NCBI GenBank assembly: GCA_028534125.1
Contig: CM052816.1
Span: forward strand, 77,998,001-78,062,000
Direction: 5' to 3'
Source of the DNA: Lama glama
Taxonomy: Eukaryota
Length of the DNA: 64,000 bases
This document shows positions 39,801 through 52,580 of this stretch, one piece after another (the stretch's first letter is position 1; the number at the start of each line of letters is the position of its first letter). A program made the translations under genes and the position numbers. The notes below the pieces were generated by a model. It made no database searches, was not told where the DNA came from, and worked only from the letters and a program-made list of their open reading frames with translations.

Positions 39801-40769
39801 ATGTATATTGTAAATCTGGAATGGCAGCAACCTGAAAACCTGTGGGTTTTATTAGGTTGGACTTAGAGCTAGAGCAAGGAAACAAAGGAACGATACTGCT
39901 GTGGTTGCCCAGTAGAAAACAAAAAATAAAGCACAGTTTAAAATCTTGGTAAAATGTATACTGCAGAAATAGAATAATCTTTTGTGTTTTCTCCAAGGAC
40001 TATGCTCCAGAATTAACTGATTTAAATTTGCATTTTGGCCGCAAAAGTCAAAGCTGAGGTCAACGTAATGCAACTTTAACTTGATAGCCCAATTGCAAAA
40101 ATAAAACTCTGCCCCCTTTTTAAATGTATTCTTTATTAGAAAAAAAAAGCCTTCACAACTAAAAATGGTAATATCAATATTTTGCTTATTCTCACCATAG
40201 TATTAACTTACTTCAAAAAAAGCAGGAGTTTCAATTTCACTCACTTAAGAAACCAATTTGAAGCAAATGTCTATTGGTTGTCTCTGAGGTCCCTGGCACT
40301 CTGCCATGCTTATAGGAACAGATACAAAAACACAGTCCTGCCTTCAAGATGATTACGCTCTAATTCACATTCTGAATGTTTAAATAACTTTTGTTCTTAC
40401 TTGTTAAAAACTTACATTTAGTTCCTTGTTTAAAAATGCCTTACATTTCTTTGTTCTTACATTTGCTAATGATCCTGGTGATGTTAATGATCCTGGTATT
40501 TCAACTAAAACCACAAAAATGAACATTGACAAGTAGTGACTGTCAGAGAAAAACTTATTTTTAACAAGTATTTTCATTTATTTTTTAATCTGAAGGAGAG
40601 AGAATATGGAAGAAATGAATAGGAATTTATAACAATCTACAGGCATTCAAGAAATTAGGGATTTCCAGCTTCTCCTAATAAACTAAAAGATCTAACATCT
40701 CTTATTTCCATCACATTACAACAAAAGGCTAATGGAGGATGTATATGGAAGAACCATTTAGTTTTCATC

Positions 40770-41540
40770 TGTGTTCTTTTACTGTTTACAGAAAAACCCT
40801 TCACTTCAGACACTTCTGGTCACCAAATGTGTGGCGAATTTTTTCCATGCCAAGCAATTCTCCATAATGCCAGCTCAGTGCCCCACAATTTAACCCAATT
40901 CTGACACTACCTGGAGGTCAAGGCTCAGCCCTACAAGACTGCCCCCACCCCACGCCCACTTCAGGCATCAATAAAAGTAGTAGGCCCCCAACTTCCTTGG
41001 GTTCCACTAATTTGCTAGAGCAACTTTTAGAACTCTTGGGAACACTTATTTACATTTACCAATTTATTAAAGGATATGATAAAGGATACAGATGAACAGC
41101 CAGATAAAGAGACACATAGGGTGAAGTCTGGGAAGGTTCCAAGCACAGGAGCTTTTGTCCCTGTGGAGTTGGGGTACATTACCCTCGTGGTACATAGATG
41201 CATTCACCAACCTTGAAGCTCTCTCAACCCCATACTATTGGGATTTTTATGGAGGCTTCTGCATATAGGTATGACCAATTATTAACTCCATTTCTAGCCC
41301 CTCTCTTTTCTCTAGAGAAGGGGTGGGGGCAGGGCAGAAGATTCCAAGCTCCTAATCATAGCTTAATCTTTGTGTTGACCAGTCCCTATCCAACAGCCAT
41401 CCTAAAGCCCTCTAAGTCACTCACTGGAACAAAAGATGCTCCAAGTACTCTTTAACACCTAAAAATGTACAAGAGCCCTGTGTTAGGATCTGGGGATGAG
41501 GACCAAATATATATTTCTTATTATAAATCACAATGTCACA
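40770..41540 (-). mobile_element. MER21-like solo LTR
   Basis: The minus strand starts TGTGACATTGTGATTTATAATAAGAAATATATATTTGGTC, like MER21. Internal cacttctggtcaccaaatgtgtgg and ggatacagatgaacagccagat. Confidence 0.8.
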
Positions 41541-42369
41541 GAGGAGAAACAGACTGCCTTAAGGTAACATGATAAAAGAAGCTGTCTTAATTTGAAGTAA
41601 AGAAGATAAAACTCATTTATTAGTAAGATATCATTAAATATAAACACAGGGATGCACTGAAAACATTTTAATCAAGGCAGGGAGTTCCCTACTTTAAGAA
41701 GACAAGTATGTTTTGGGAATGGACACAAACCAATCTTTATTAGGGATCCGACATTGAGATAAAAAAATAATTCTTTCAGATATTTAGCGTTTATCTCTAC
41801 CTTAGAAATCATTTACTTAGCTGTAAAACTGTGCTATCTCCATAAGCTCAAAATATTATCTTAAATTATCCTTTTCATCTGAGTTTTAATGGAAAAATAT
41901 TGAAGATCTGCTATTTACCAGTATGTCAAATTCTGAAAAACTATCCAGAAGTGCATTTGCTCCTAAGACCCTTTGCACCATCCAAAGGTGGCAAGCACAG
42001 AGGTTAAGCTTTGGCCCCGGGCAGCGAGCTGGATACTACTTTGACATAGGGCCAAAATAATCTACTGCTACCAGAGGGTAGAGAACCCTCTTACCTTCTG
42101 CTTCCTGCCCCTTCTAGGCAAAGGTCAGATGTCACAGAGAAAAGTGAAGGACAGGCCACTTGCTCTCACCCAAGACCCCCTACAGACACAAAGCAGCATT
42201 TGGTGGCTATGAAGGCAAGAGGAAGAAAATCCACACATATTCTAGACCCAAACTCTAACAAAGAAGCCACCTGTCACATGTAGCTATCGAGATCAAGAAA
42301 CATGGTTACTGTGATTAAGGAACTAGATTTTAAATTTAATTTTAACTAATACAAATTTAAATAACCAGA

Positions 42370-43800
42370 TGTATTGAATAGTAGAGGCCTAAATGCTTCA
42401 GTTAAAAAGCAAAGATTATTACATGAGATTTTTTTTAAAAAGACAACTAAATACCTCTGTAAAAATCCACTTCGGCTTAATTTAAAAGTAAAGGAATGAA
42501 AAAAATAACATAGGCAAATACAAATCAAAAGAAACCTGGAGTAGCTATATCACTATCAGACATATACTACTAGACAAAGTAGATGTTCTAAAGATCAAGA
42601 AATATTGTCAGAAATAGGGAAATATTACATAATGATGAAGAGGTCGATTCAGCAAGAAAACAATCCTAAACATGTATGGATCCAACAAAAGAGCCTTAAA
42701 ATACAAAAAGGAAGGAAAAAAGAGAATTGAAAGGAGAGAAACACACATCTATAATTACATTGCAGATTTCAACATTCCTCTTAGTAATTGATAAGTAGAC
42801 ATAAAATCAGTAAAGACTGAGCTATCAATCAACTTGACCTGATTGTCCTTTATAGGACACTCCTTCCCCAAACAGCAGAATACACTTTTGGTTCAAGTGT
42901 ACATGGAACATTTATTGAGTTAGACTATTTTCTAAACCAGGAAACAAATCACTAATTTTAAAGAACTAAAATCATACAGAGTATATTCTCAGACCACAAT
43001 GGAATTAAAGTACAAATCAATTAACAGAACATAAAAACAAAATATTTGGAAATTATACCACATGCTTCTAAATAATCCATAGCTCCAAAAAGAAATCAGA
43101 AGGGGAAATTAGAAAATATTTTTAATTCACTTAAAGTAGAAACACAAAATATCAAACTTTGGAGGATGAAAATTATTCCGGACTAATGTTTGAGTCCCCT
43201 CAAAATTCCTATGTTGAAGCCCTAACCCCCAGTGTGACGGTATCTGGAGGTGGGCCTTTGGAAGGTAATCAGGTTTAGATCAGGTCGTGAGGGGTGGGCC
43301 CCCCCGATGATAAAACTAGTGTCCTTAAAAGAAGAGGAAGAGAGATCAGCTCAACAACCATAACTTGCTGCCTCCGTGCCTTCCCTCCTGCCATGTGAGG
43401 ACACAGCAATGAGAAGGCTGTCATCTGCAAACTGGAAGGAAGGTCCTCGCTAGGAAATGAATCTGTCGGCACCTTGACCTTAGACTTCCCAAGTCTCCAG
43501 AACCATGAGAAGTAAATGTGTGTTGTTTCAGCCACTCACTCTGTGGTATTTTGTACAGCAGCCCGAGCTCACTAAGCCATAGATAAAACAGTATTTAGGG
43601 AAGAGTTTAAAAACTTTAATGCATATATTATAAATGAAGAGAGGCCTCAAGTAAAAGTCCTAATAAGTTTCACTTTAAGAAACTAGAAGATGAGCAAATA
43701 AGAAGGAAGAAAATAATAAAGAGTAGAAATTAAAAAAAATTTTTAAATAAAAAATTAGAGGAAAAAATCAATAAATAGAATCTGAAATTTAAAGTAGTTA
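42370..43800 (+). mobile_element. Old L1 ORF2 endonuclease-region fragment, interrupted by MLT1
   Basis: ctggagtagctatatcactatcagac, aacagcagaatacac, attctcagaccacaatggaattaaa and cttaagaaactagaa are characteristic L1 ORF2 5' motifs. Many stop codons. Confidence 0.85.
43175..43578 (+). mobile_element. MLT1A-like MaLR solo LTR
   Basis: tcccctcaaaattcctatgttgaagccctaacccccagtgtg..ccatgtgaggacacagc..ggcaccttgaccttagacttccc..ctgtggtattttgtacagcagcccgagc. Confidence 0.85.
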
Positions 43801-44399
43801 CAAAAGTATCAAAAACATGAAAATCAAATAGAAATCTGTATCAAACTATGACTTCTGTGATTTATAAAACAGAGAGATTAATCAAAACAAAACTGGTAGG
43901 GGTCACAAACAGCCAGGAAATATTACTAATCCGTTTTCTACAAAAGCGTCTACCCTAAAACCCATATATATTTTGCTGAGGAATTAGAACATAGCTTTTT
44001 CCCCTCAAGAAACTGAAATAATAGTCTACTTTCAGTTCATTTTTGAAGAATTAGCTAAAGGGAAGATGATGGAATGAAATACGTAAAGATCATTGAGATT
44101 CCTCCTACTGACAGAATATATGCTTTGTACTAAAGAGAATCTTCTAGTATAGAGATCAAGAGTTGACTGCAAAGTGTCTAGTCCCCTTTCTCAGTCTCTC
44201 CCTTTAAGAAAATGGCCTTCCAGCAGCATGTGGGAAGAAAAAACTGAAAATAAAATTTCAAATATTTCTTTTTATCTTAAAATAAAAGAAAAATCATGCC
44301 AAAAATCACGCCTGGCAAATGGGTGGGAGAGGGCCAGTTGCTAGCCTATCACTCTTGTCAAAAACCCAGATTTGGGGCTAGTTGTGGACTTCTATATTG

Positions 44400-44720
44400 C
44401 TCATTAACTCAATCATTAATTCATCCATTCCCTAAATACTTACAGCACCTAACTGTGAAGCTAGGGCTTGAGAGATGGCAAGTGTTTAGGGGAACTCATT
44501 GAAGTGTGGGAGGAGAGCTCTACCGGTCTCACCCAGGCAGACAGAGAGGAGGAAGTGACTAATTCTAGGGGGGCAGGCATGTTTTTATAGAGGTAAGGAC
44601 ACATAAGGAGGGTTTTGAAGGCTAACTAGGAGGTTACCGGGCAGAGAAATGGGCTAAGTACACTCTAGGAAGAAGGACAATTATTTCCTAAGGCAAAGAG
44701 TGGGAGAGGGCAGAGCATGC
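44400..44720 (-). mobile_element. L2 fragment
   Basis: tcattaattcatccattccctaaatacttacagcacc (L2 3' end, reversed). Confidence 0.55.
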
Positions 44721-46904
44721 TTACAGATGAATGGCAAATGTAACCCTCATGCTGTCCCTTCTCACTATTATTTTGCATTAGAGAGTTGGTTATATTTGGA
44801 TTTCCACTGAAAAAATACCCTCTGTGAATATATAAATTTTATTTAACTAACAGCTAAAATATTTAAAAGGAAAATAAGAACATATGTGTCTGTTTTCCAT
44901 TTTTATTGTAAAACAGAGACAGTGTGCGAGCATTAATCTATAACCATGTTAATCAATTTTCATAATTTTAGAGGCTGTTATCTATGTTCAATTAAAAACA
45001 ATGAGTCACCTAAACAACACAAAGTTAACATGTTTAGGCTTCCTATCATTTCTCTACATGATTTTTACTGCTAATTCCTTTTCGAAAAGTTATCCCTTGC
45101 ATATAAATACACTAATTACGTAATGACAGAGAGGAGTCAGTGTGTGACATGATTAAGGTGTGAATGCCATGGTATTTGTCACAGAGAGGGGTCAGAGTGA
45201 AAATGCAGTAATTTATTAAAGAAATAAAATAAAATGGTATCCTTTTACATTTGAATTTGAAGATGCTATCGTTTCAGTGTAAGACAGACCAGACAGCTGC
45301 TGTTGCTCCATATCAACACTGAATTTGGCTCCTCAATTAATGAACTTCTACTGAAAATGAGACCTGTGTTACGTCCCTTGGGGAGCAAGATAACTCCGAC
45401 AGGATCCCTGACCCCCAAGATCTCCCAGTCTTGCAAAGGAAACAAAAATGTATACAACTATGAATAACAAAGAATGAAATCACTATTAAGGTTACAAGGT
45501 ATAATAATCACCATAAAATAGCATTTATTAAGCACTTACTATGCGCCATACCCAGGTTAAGCACTTTATTTGCATTATTCTATTATATCTTCATAAAACT
45601 CCCCATATTACAAATGAGGAAACAGGTTATATACTTAGTTAGAGCTGGGATTTAAATCTACAAAGTCCAAATCTGGAGCTTGACTTTTTATCTGAAGCTA
45701 ATACAAAATGTTTTGGGAAAGCAAAGAAAGGGACAATTATTTCACTCCCAGCCAACTGATTAAGATCTCACAGAGAGACACCATTTGAGCTGGGCCTCAA
45801 AGGGAGAGTGGTCTTCCATGACCAAAGGTGGGGAGGAGATACTGAGGCTGAGGAAACTGCCTAGTCGAAGGTATACAGGTGGGAAAGTACATGGTCTGTT
45901 TTAGAAACATTACCCAAACTTATCTAGTTAGAATACAGAAACGTACAAAACAAAGAAAATTTACTGGGGTCAGATTACCAAGGGCCTAAAGACAGGGCAC
46001 AACCTGAACATTCCTACCAGATGGCCCTGTTGCAATGGTCCAGATTAAGGGACCTGGACTCCAATAAATATCTTGTCCTTAGGGCCACATCACTTAATAG
46101 ACTCAGAATTTTTTTTTACTACCATGCCAACTTTAGTACAAGAAATCAATCTCCAAAGCAGTATAAGAAATGAAGCAGGAGAAGGATCTATCCATAGATA
46201 AAAAGATTCTCTCTTTCCCCTTTCAAAGCCAGTGGTAAGTAGCCAGTTAACTCCTTTAACACTTTGCCCCTGAAAAATAAAGCACATTCTGTTGACTGAT
46301 GTTCTGAAAGCCCTCAAGAAAGTTGTTGAAGAAAATGCTGCTGTTTCAAGCTAGCATTAAAAAGAGTGGGTGGATGAGCAGTGAAGGAAATTATAAAGGT
46401 CAACTTCTTTTCCTTCTTAAAATAGGGAGCAGAGACTATGAGACAGAGTATGTGAGAGAACAAATATGTGTATGGTTTTGCCCTTAAATGTCTGCTCTCT
46501 AGTCCACACCAAGTGCCCAAGAGCTCATGAATGTACAGGGCTTCAATGATCTACCATGCAAATGATCCCTGAATTTTAATCTCACTGTATTCCGTAAGTT
46601 TCTCTCAAGCAAAGCCTTTTATGTCTAATGATAATGTGCATTTCCACTTAAATTATCATCTTCTCCAATCAATATTCCTAGAACTAAACTCATACATTTT
46701 TACCCATAAACCTGTTCCCAGCCCTGATTTCCTTGCTTCAGTTTACCTACTACACCTTTTTTTTCAGTCACTAAGCATCATCTTTGACCCTTATCAAGTC
46801 TCTCTTGACATAATCCATTTCTCATATCCAATGTCTCCTTTTAGTAACCACATGGCCTACATCCTCTGAGATGTGAATAAAAGCTGACAATGATATAATA
46901 AGTA

Positions 46905-47100
46905 ATATCAGCCTAAATGTATACAAGCTTCACAGTTTACAAAGCACTTTTATGTGTACTATCACATTTCCCACTCACAACAACCCAGTGACACAATTAG
47001 AAAAGGTATTTTTATTATATCCATTGTCCAGGTGCAGAAACCACACAGGATCAGAAAGGTTAACTAACCTGCTCAAGATCTCAAGATCACAGGTCTGACT
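46905..47100 (-). mobile_element. MIR
   Basis: cagtttacaaagcactttt..cacaacaaccc..gaaaggttaactaacctgctcaagatc. Confidence 0.7.
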
Positions 47101-47934
47101 TCCCATAATGTTCCCCTGCTTCATCCTAATTGTCATAATAATTTAAGGTAAGGAGAGATCTCCTTTCTCTCAGCCCAACCACCTTGTATAACCCCACTAA
47201 ATTAATCTTTCTAAAACTTTTTGCTGATTATGTTACTTCTATGTTCATAGACCTTCAGGAATTCACACTGCAACATAAGAAAGTAAGTGGGTAAAAAAGT
47301 AAGAAAGTAAATAAATAAATAAATAAACAAAAGAATGAATGAACAAATGTCTAAAACCAGATATAAAGATACTCATGTTCCTCCACGGTCTGGCCCAAAT
47401 CTAGCTTCTTGGTCTCACTTCCTACTGCTCCCTTTGCTCTAGATAAACTCGAATGGACATTACTGCTTGGAAAGTTTTCTTTTTTCCACTTTACATCTCT
47501 GCCTGCCTGAGCTGCTCTTTCCTTAGAAAGCCTGACTCTCTTCTCTCTGCCTGCTTGGTAGTTATCCTGTAAATCTTAGTCTAGGTGCCTTTTGCTTCAT
47601 GAAGCTTTTCTAGTGTACACGCAGCACTCTTTTTAAAACACTTTGCTAAAATTTTTATATGATATGATTTTTACAAAGTTGGATACAAAAATACGATTTT
47701 GGGAGTTTATCACTGAAAATTCAGACTGTTTAGTTTTATGTCATTTTTAAATAATTTCTAAAGATCATTTAAAAAATCATTTAGCATCTACTCACAATGT
47801 TAATGATGAAAAACAAATTAATATCTTAAAAGTAAAATTCATTAGGATAATGAGAAGCAAAATTCAATAGGATCAATGCAATTTATAAGAGATAAAACTT
47901 AAAAATGGCAGAGAAAATTCTTCTCTGAATTATC

Positions 47935-48250
47935 TTTTTTTGGTTTTTTTTGGATGTGCTGTATATAACATTTTTATTTATTTATTTTTATTCAATTTAC
48001 TAAACTAAAACAAAAGCAAAAGCAATTCACCCATTTCTCCTAACCCTTAACCCCCACCTCTGCAACCAGCAATCTGCTCTGTCTATGAGCTTTTCCACAC
48101 ATAAGAGAGATCATACAGTATTTGATTTTCTCTGACTTATTTCACTTACCATAATGCCCTTGAGGTCCAACAGTTGTAAATGGCAAGATTTTATTCTTAT
48201 TTATGGCTGAATAATATTCCATTGTATACCTACACCACAATTTCTTTATC
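47935..48250 (-). mobile_element. L1 3' fragment (L1MA-like)
   Basis: T-rich tail; ttccacacataagagagatcatacagtatttg..tttatggctgaataatattccattgtat. Confidence 0.8.
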
Positions 48251-49935
48251 AAAAGAATAAAATACATGAAATAAAATCTTAATATTTGAAAAATCGTTAC
48301 TTTTCTCTCCATAAAGAAGATACACTTATTTTAGCCATAATTCAAAATCCCATGAATAACAAACTACAAAGTCATAGGAAGTGTTCAACTTACAGCGTTG
48401 CTTTGTTCAAAGCCAAAGAAATTTTTCAAACAACTATTTTTCTCATTAACTCCAGATGACAAAATATTGGTGAAAAGTACTAAGCATGTTTGTTGATGTT
48501 TTATTTTAAAGTGACTTCTGACAATTTAGCTAATGGCAGATTACCATGAAAAGAATAGCTCTCTCTGGAAAATACCATTCTTAAAGAAAAAGTTATTAAC
48601 TAGTTCAAGTCAATATTGGGATTAATCACATTGATATTCTAAACTATGGCATCACACTTTACAGTGGAGTGGCTTCAAAAATTTAGATGAAAACAGAAGG
48701 AAATTCAATATGCCTCAAAGACATGGTCTTTCAGGAATAAAACCCATGAGTTCTTCATACATTGTGATATTATGACCACCTTAGTTAAGCAAGTAAAGGA
48801 AGCAAAGATACTGAAGAATTTATTAGGTACATTCTCTCAAAATAAACATTTTTTGTTTGATCTATATATTTACTAGTGAGCTTTTTTTTTTAAGTATTGA
48901 GGACTGGGGGTAGAAAATTGGAAAACTAATTTGTTTCCATGATACAACTATTTTATATTTTTGAAACCTCCTCTCTTTTATACACATTTCAGTCTGTCAA
49001 ATAATATTTATCGAGTGCCTCAGACTCAGGAAGCTAAAATATAACTTCTTTTTATGAGAAAAGCACTGACACATTTAGCATTTCACGCCACAAAGTTAAT
49101 ATATAGACATTCGGATACAGTTGATGTAGGAAAGTGTGAAACAGGAAAAATGGTCAAATGAGTTCAAGAGTGTCACAGACACAACCCAGAATAAAAGACG
49201 AAAAATTTATTCTACTGATCAGCAAGGTTTTTAAAATAAATTTCAGTTGTTCCTAAACTCATTTTAATCTAGGGCATAGTTTAGTAAGGCTGGAAATATC
49301 ACAGGTTATCAAAAGGCAGAGCTGTTGTTTTTCTTTTATAAATTATGAGCTACCTAGAAGAATACGTATCAACTCAGGTTTCAGAGAAATTTCACAAGAT
49401 TCGGGCAGCCTTATACTGGACATATCTGGTTACAGTCTGTATAGTATCATAACAGTCACACATTACATAAAATGCCACTAGAAAAGACCCCACCTATTTC
49501 TCTACATTTTCTGCAAGTATTTGGTAGCAACAACCACAGTAACAAAGTTCTAGCCTTTTTATTAAAAAAAGCTGGAAAGGGAATTACATTTTATTTTGTC
49601 TTTTCATGACTTAAGGTTAAAATATCTTAGAAAACCTAAAAACTACTTCCCAAAATGCCTAAGGAAATCATGAAAAATTGAAGGTTGATAATTTTAAGGG
49701 AAGAATAACGTTCATTTTCTAAAGGAAAATAATGTTTTACCACTTATCTATTTAATAGAAGTAAGAACTAAAATTAGAGGTTCAAAATACTTCTGGGTTT
49801 ACTAATTAATTGGCAAATGAGATTTCAATCTCTTTAAGAAAACACAAAACACTCTTTAGGAAAATTTCATTCTCTTATTGCTCACCAAAAAACAAATAAC
49901 CTCAAAAAGTGCATAGACATAACTCAGGTCAGTTC

Positions 49936-50170
49936 TGAATTGTTTCCATAGTTTGATCTGGATCATAGTATTATAAAATAACAGACCTAGCGATAGTATT
50001 TAGACAATAAATACTAGTTGAATTGAGGATGCTGCATTTTCTCTATTTATGATTGAACTGTTTTCACAGTTTGATCTGGATCATAATGTTACGAAATAAT
50101 GGACTGTGCAATAGTATTTACGCAATAAATATTAGTTGAATAGAGAACACTGGGTTGTTTTCTGTTTACA
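49936..50170 (+). repeat. Diverged 118-bp tandem duplication
   Basis: Copies start at 49936 and 50054, share agtttgatctggatcata exactly and align over about 110 bp. Confidence 0.9.
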
Positions 50171-52344
50171 AACATCTGATGAAGTTAATTAGAAGTTGGC
50201 GGTAAAAAACTGAAGACATAAAACATCTAGAAGTTAAGTTTTTACTGCTCTTTCGCTGTATGCTTTCTTTTTCCCTATACGATGCTTCCTTTTACTTCCT
50301 TTGTATTCCTTAGAGGACAAAGCCTTTTCACTTCCAGTACTTCGTGAGACAGTATAAAATGCATGCTCATTGTGTACTCCTAGGTATTGTTCCTCCAACA
50401 GGGTTGTCTTTTCTGATTCTAATTATACTTCCCCCTTTTCTGGTTGTCATGAGCACCTGGCATGTGTCTTCTCTGGACAGTTTCATGTTGGAAATATTCT
50501 CTTTTAGACCATTTTAAATGGAACTTCTGGATATAAGATTGTAGTTTATGATCATTTTCAACTCTCTTGGTGCTCCTGTTTTAAATCTTGGCAAGGGAGA
50601 TCAAGATTATCATGCCAAATATAAATAATAATAAGATGATGAATATAATTCTTATTTTCTAAACTTAAAGAATTTAGTTAACTATTGTTTTCAGTAGTAA
50701 GACAAGGGCTGGAGAAAGAACTTATTTGGGAGGGAAAACTAAAGCTAATATTAAGAGGAACAGAAGAGTAGACTGGGTAATACTGTGGGGAGGTGGGAAC
50801 AGTGAGCTAAGAGAACTGAACTGTAAAAAAATTCATCACCAGTTAGGTGATCTTGAAATAAATACTTGTTACCTTTATATAAATGTAGAGTTCATAATAA
50901 ATGGATACCTACTCCAAGTAAACAGTTACCACACTTTTAGCAATCGTGCTTTCAAAACTATAGGTGTATTTATATTAAGTATTATACTGAGTTACTAGAT
51001 CTAGAACATTTAAAGTAATCTTTAATTATGCCTCCACCCTCACCAACCTTCTCTGACCATAGGATAGTCCTTTCTAAACTAGTTAACATCTAAAACCGTT
51101 GACATCTAAATGCTACTATAGGACAACAGAAGTCATTTTTCAAAAATTAAGTGTTTCAATGCTCAGTATCTACAACAGAGAAGTGAGTCTGAAGTTTGCA
51201 CTTACTTGAACTAGGCAGTATAGGGCAGGAGAATCTGGAAGAGAAATTCTAAGTATAAGAAAGTGCTATGAGCAAGAGAAATAGAAGAGAAAAGGCTGAA
51301 GGTCATGTTCTTCAGTGGTTTGTGGTGGTAGTAGAACCCAAAGAAAAATAGCTCAAAAGACCCACAGTAATTTCGTTGTGATGAATAGAGTACTGGGAAA
51401 TAAGTGAATTGTCAATTATGCTAACTCTGGGAAACAGGCTATTATGTTTAGGGAATAGCCTACAAACACTCTTACTCGACTATCCTCTGGTTAATAAAAA
51501 GTAGCATTGCAGAGAATTTTAAGGATATTGCCCTATACCTCATCTATTCACGTGAGCATGAACTTTTGGACTTTTAAAATTCATAGACCTAGCTTTAATC
51601 ACTGATTGAAGAAAAATTCCATTTTTTCAAGGGGACAGAACAGAAAAGGACAAACTTGTTTCTTTGTCTCCTTTAAATGGTGGTTTTTTCACTTCACACA
51701 GTATTTCCAAATTTGGAAGGACAATTTAAAATTTACTGAAGTCAAGAATAAGTGCGCTTTAAGATCAAAAGGTAAGTAATACAGAGAGCAAGTATCTGTT
51801 CAGAGTTTAAATCCAAAGTGTGACCTACTTTTAAGACTTTATAGCCTAGGGGAGAAAGTCTTTAGATCTAAATGTCAGCATGTTCTTTTAAAATTATTAT
51901 TGTGATTATTTTTAACTCCATCATTCTCTCGATGGAAAAAACACACAATACAGTCTATTTATCAAAGACTAGTGACTACCACATCAGAAAGGCTAAGACA
52001 CAGCTATAGAAGAATTATCATGGAAATACAAAATATATCAACACTGACAGCTACTGTCAGGAATGTTAGCTCCCATATTCTAAATAGCATTAAAGATTAA
52101 AATAACAGGATTTTCAATGTTAAATAAATGGAATAAGTATTTAAGATGCTTTTAGGATTTTTTTCCCGAATAGATGAAGACAAATTAGTAAAAAAAAGTT
52201 CTTGTTTTTCAAAAGTATGCTATTACCATCATGATAATTCTCTATCTTAAAGTATTCTATAACAAAAAAGTTTAAATAGACATTTCAGACACCAAAGAAT
52301 CAATATCACATAGAAATGTCTATAGAGACTCAAAGAAAACCATG

Positions 52345-52580
52345 ATACAGTGGTTGAAAGCAGTGCTTTTGGAGCCAGACAGATCTGGGCTTCTTGGCTT
52401 TAATATTTCTAGTTTTACACAACAGGCAAGTTATTTAATGTTTTTAAGCCTTAGTTTTCTCATCTATAAAATGGGAAAATAATAACAATTTCAGTAAGCT
52501 GTGGTGAGAATTAGATGAAATAATAAGTGTAAAGTGCTCAAACACACTTCTGGTACCCAGGAAATGATCAACAAAAAATA
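52345..52580 (+). mobile_element. MIR
   Basis: cagtggttgaaagcagtgcttttggagccagacag..ggcaagttattta..gttttctcatctataaaatggg. Confidence 0.85.

Noticed and set aside
49936..50053. H/ACA snoRNA reading of the 118-bp unit (minus strand ends ACA+3 nt and has ATAATA)
   Set aside because: The second hairpin is far too short and the H-box-like motif is not kept in the other copy.
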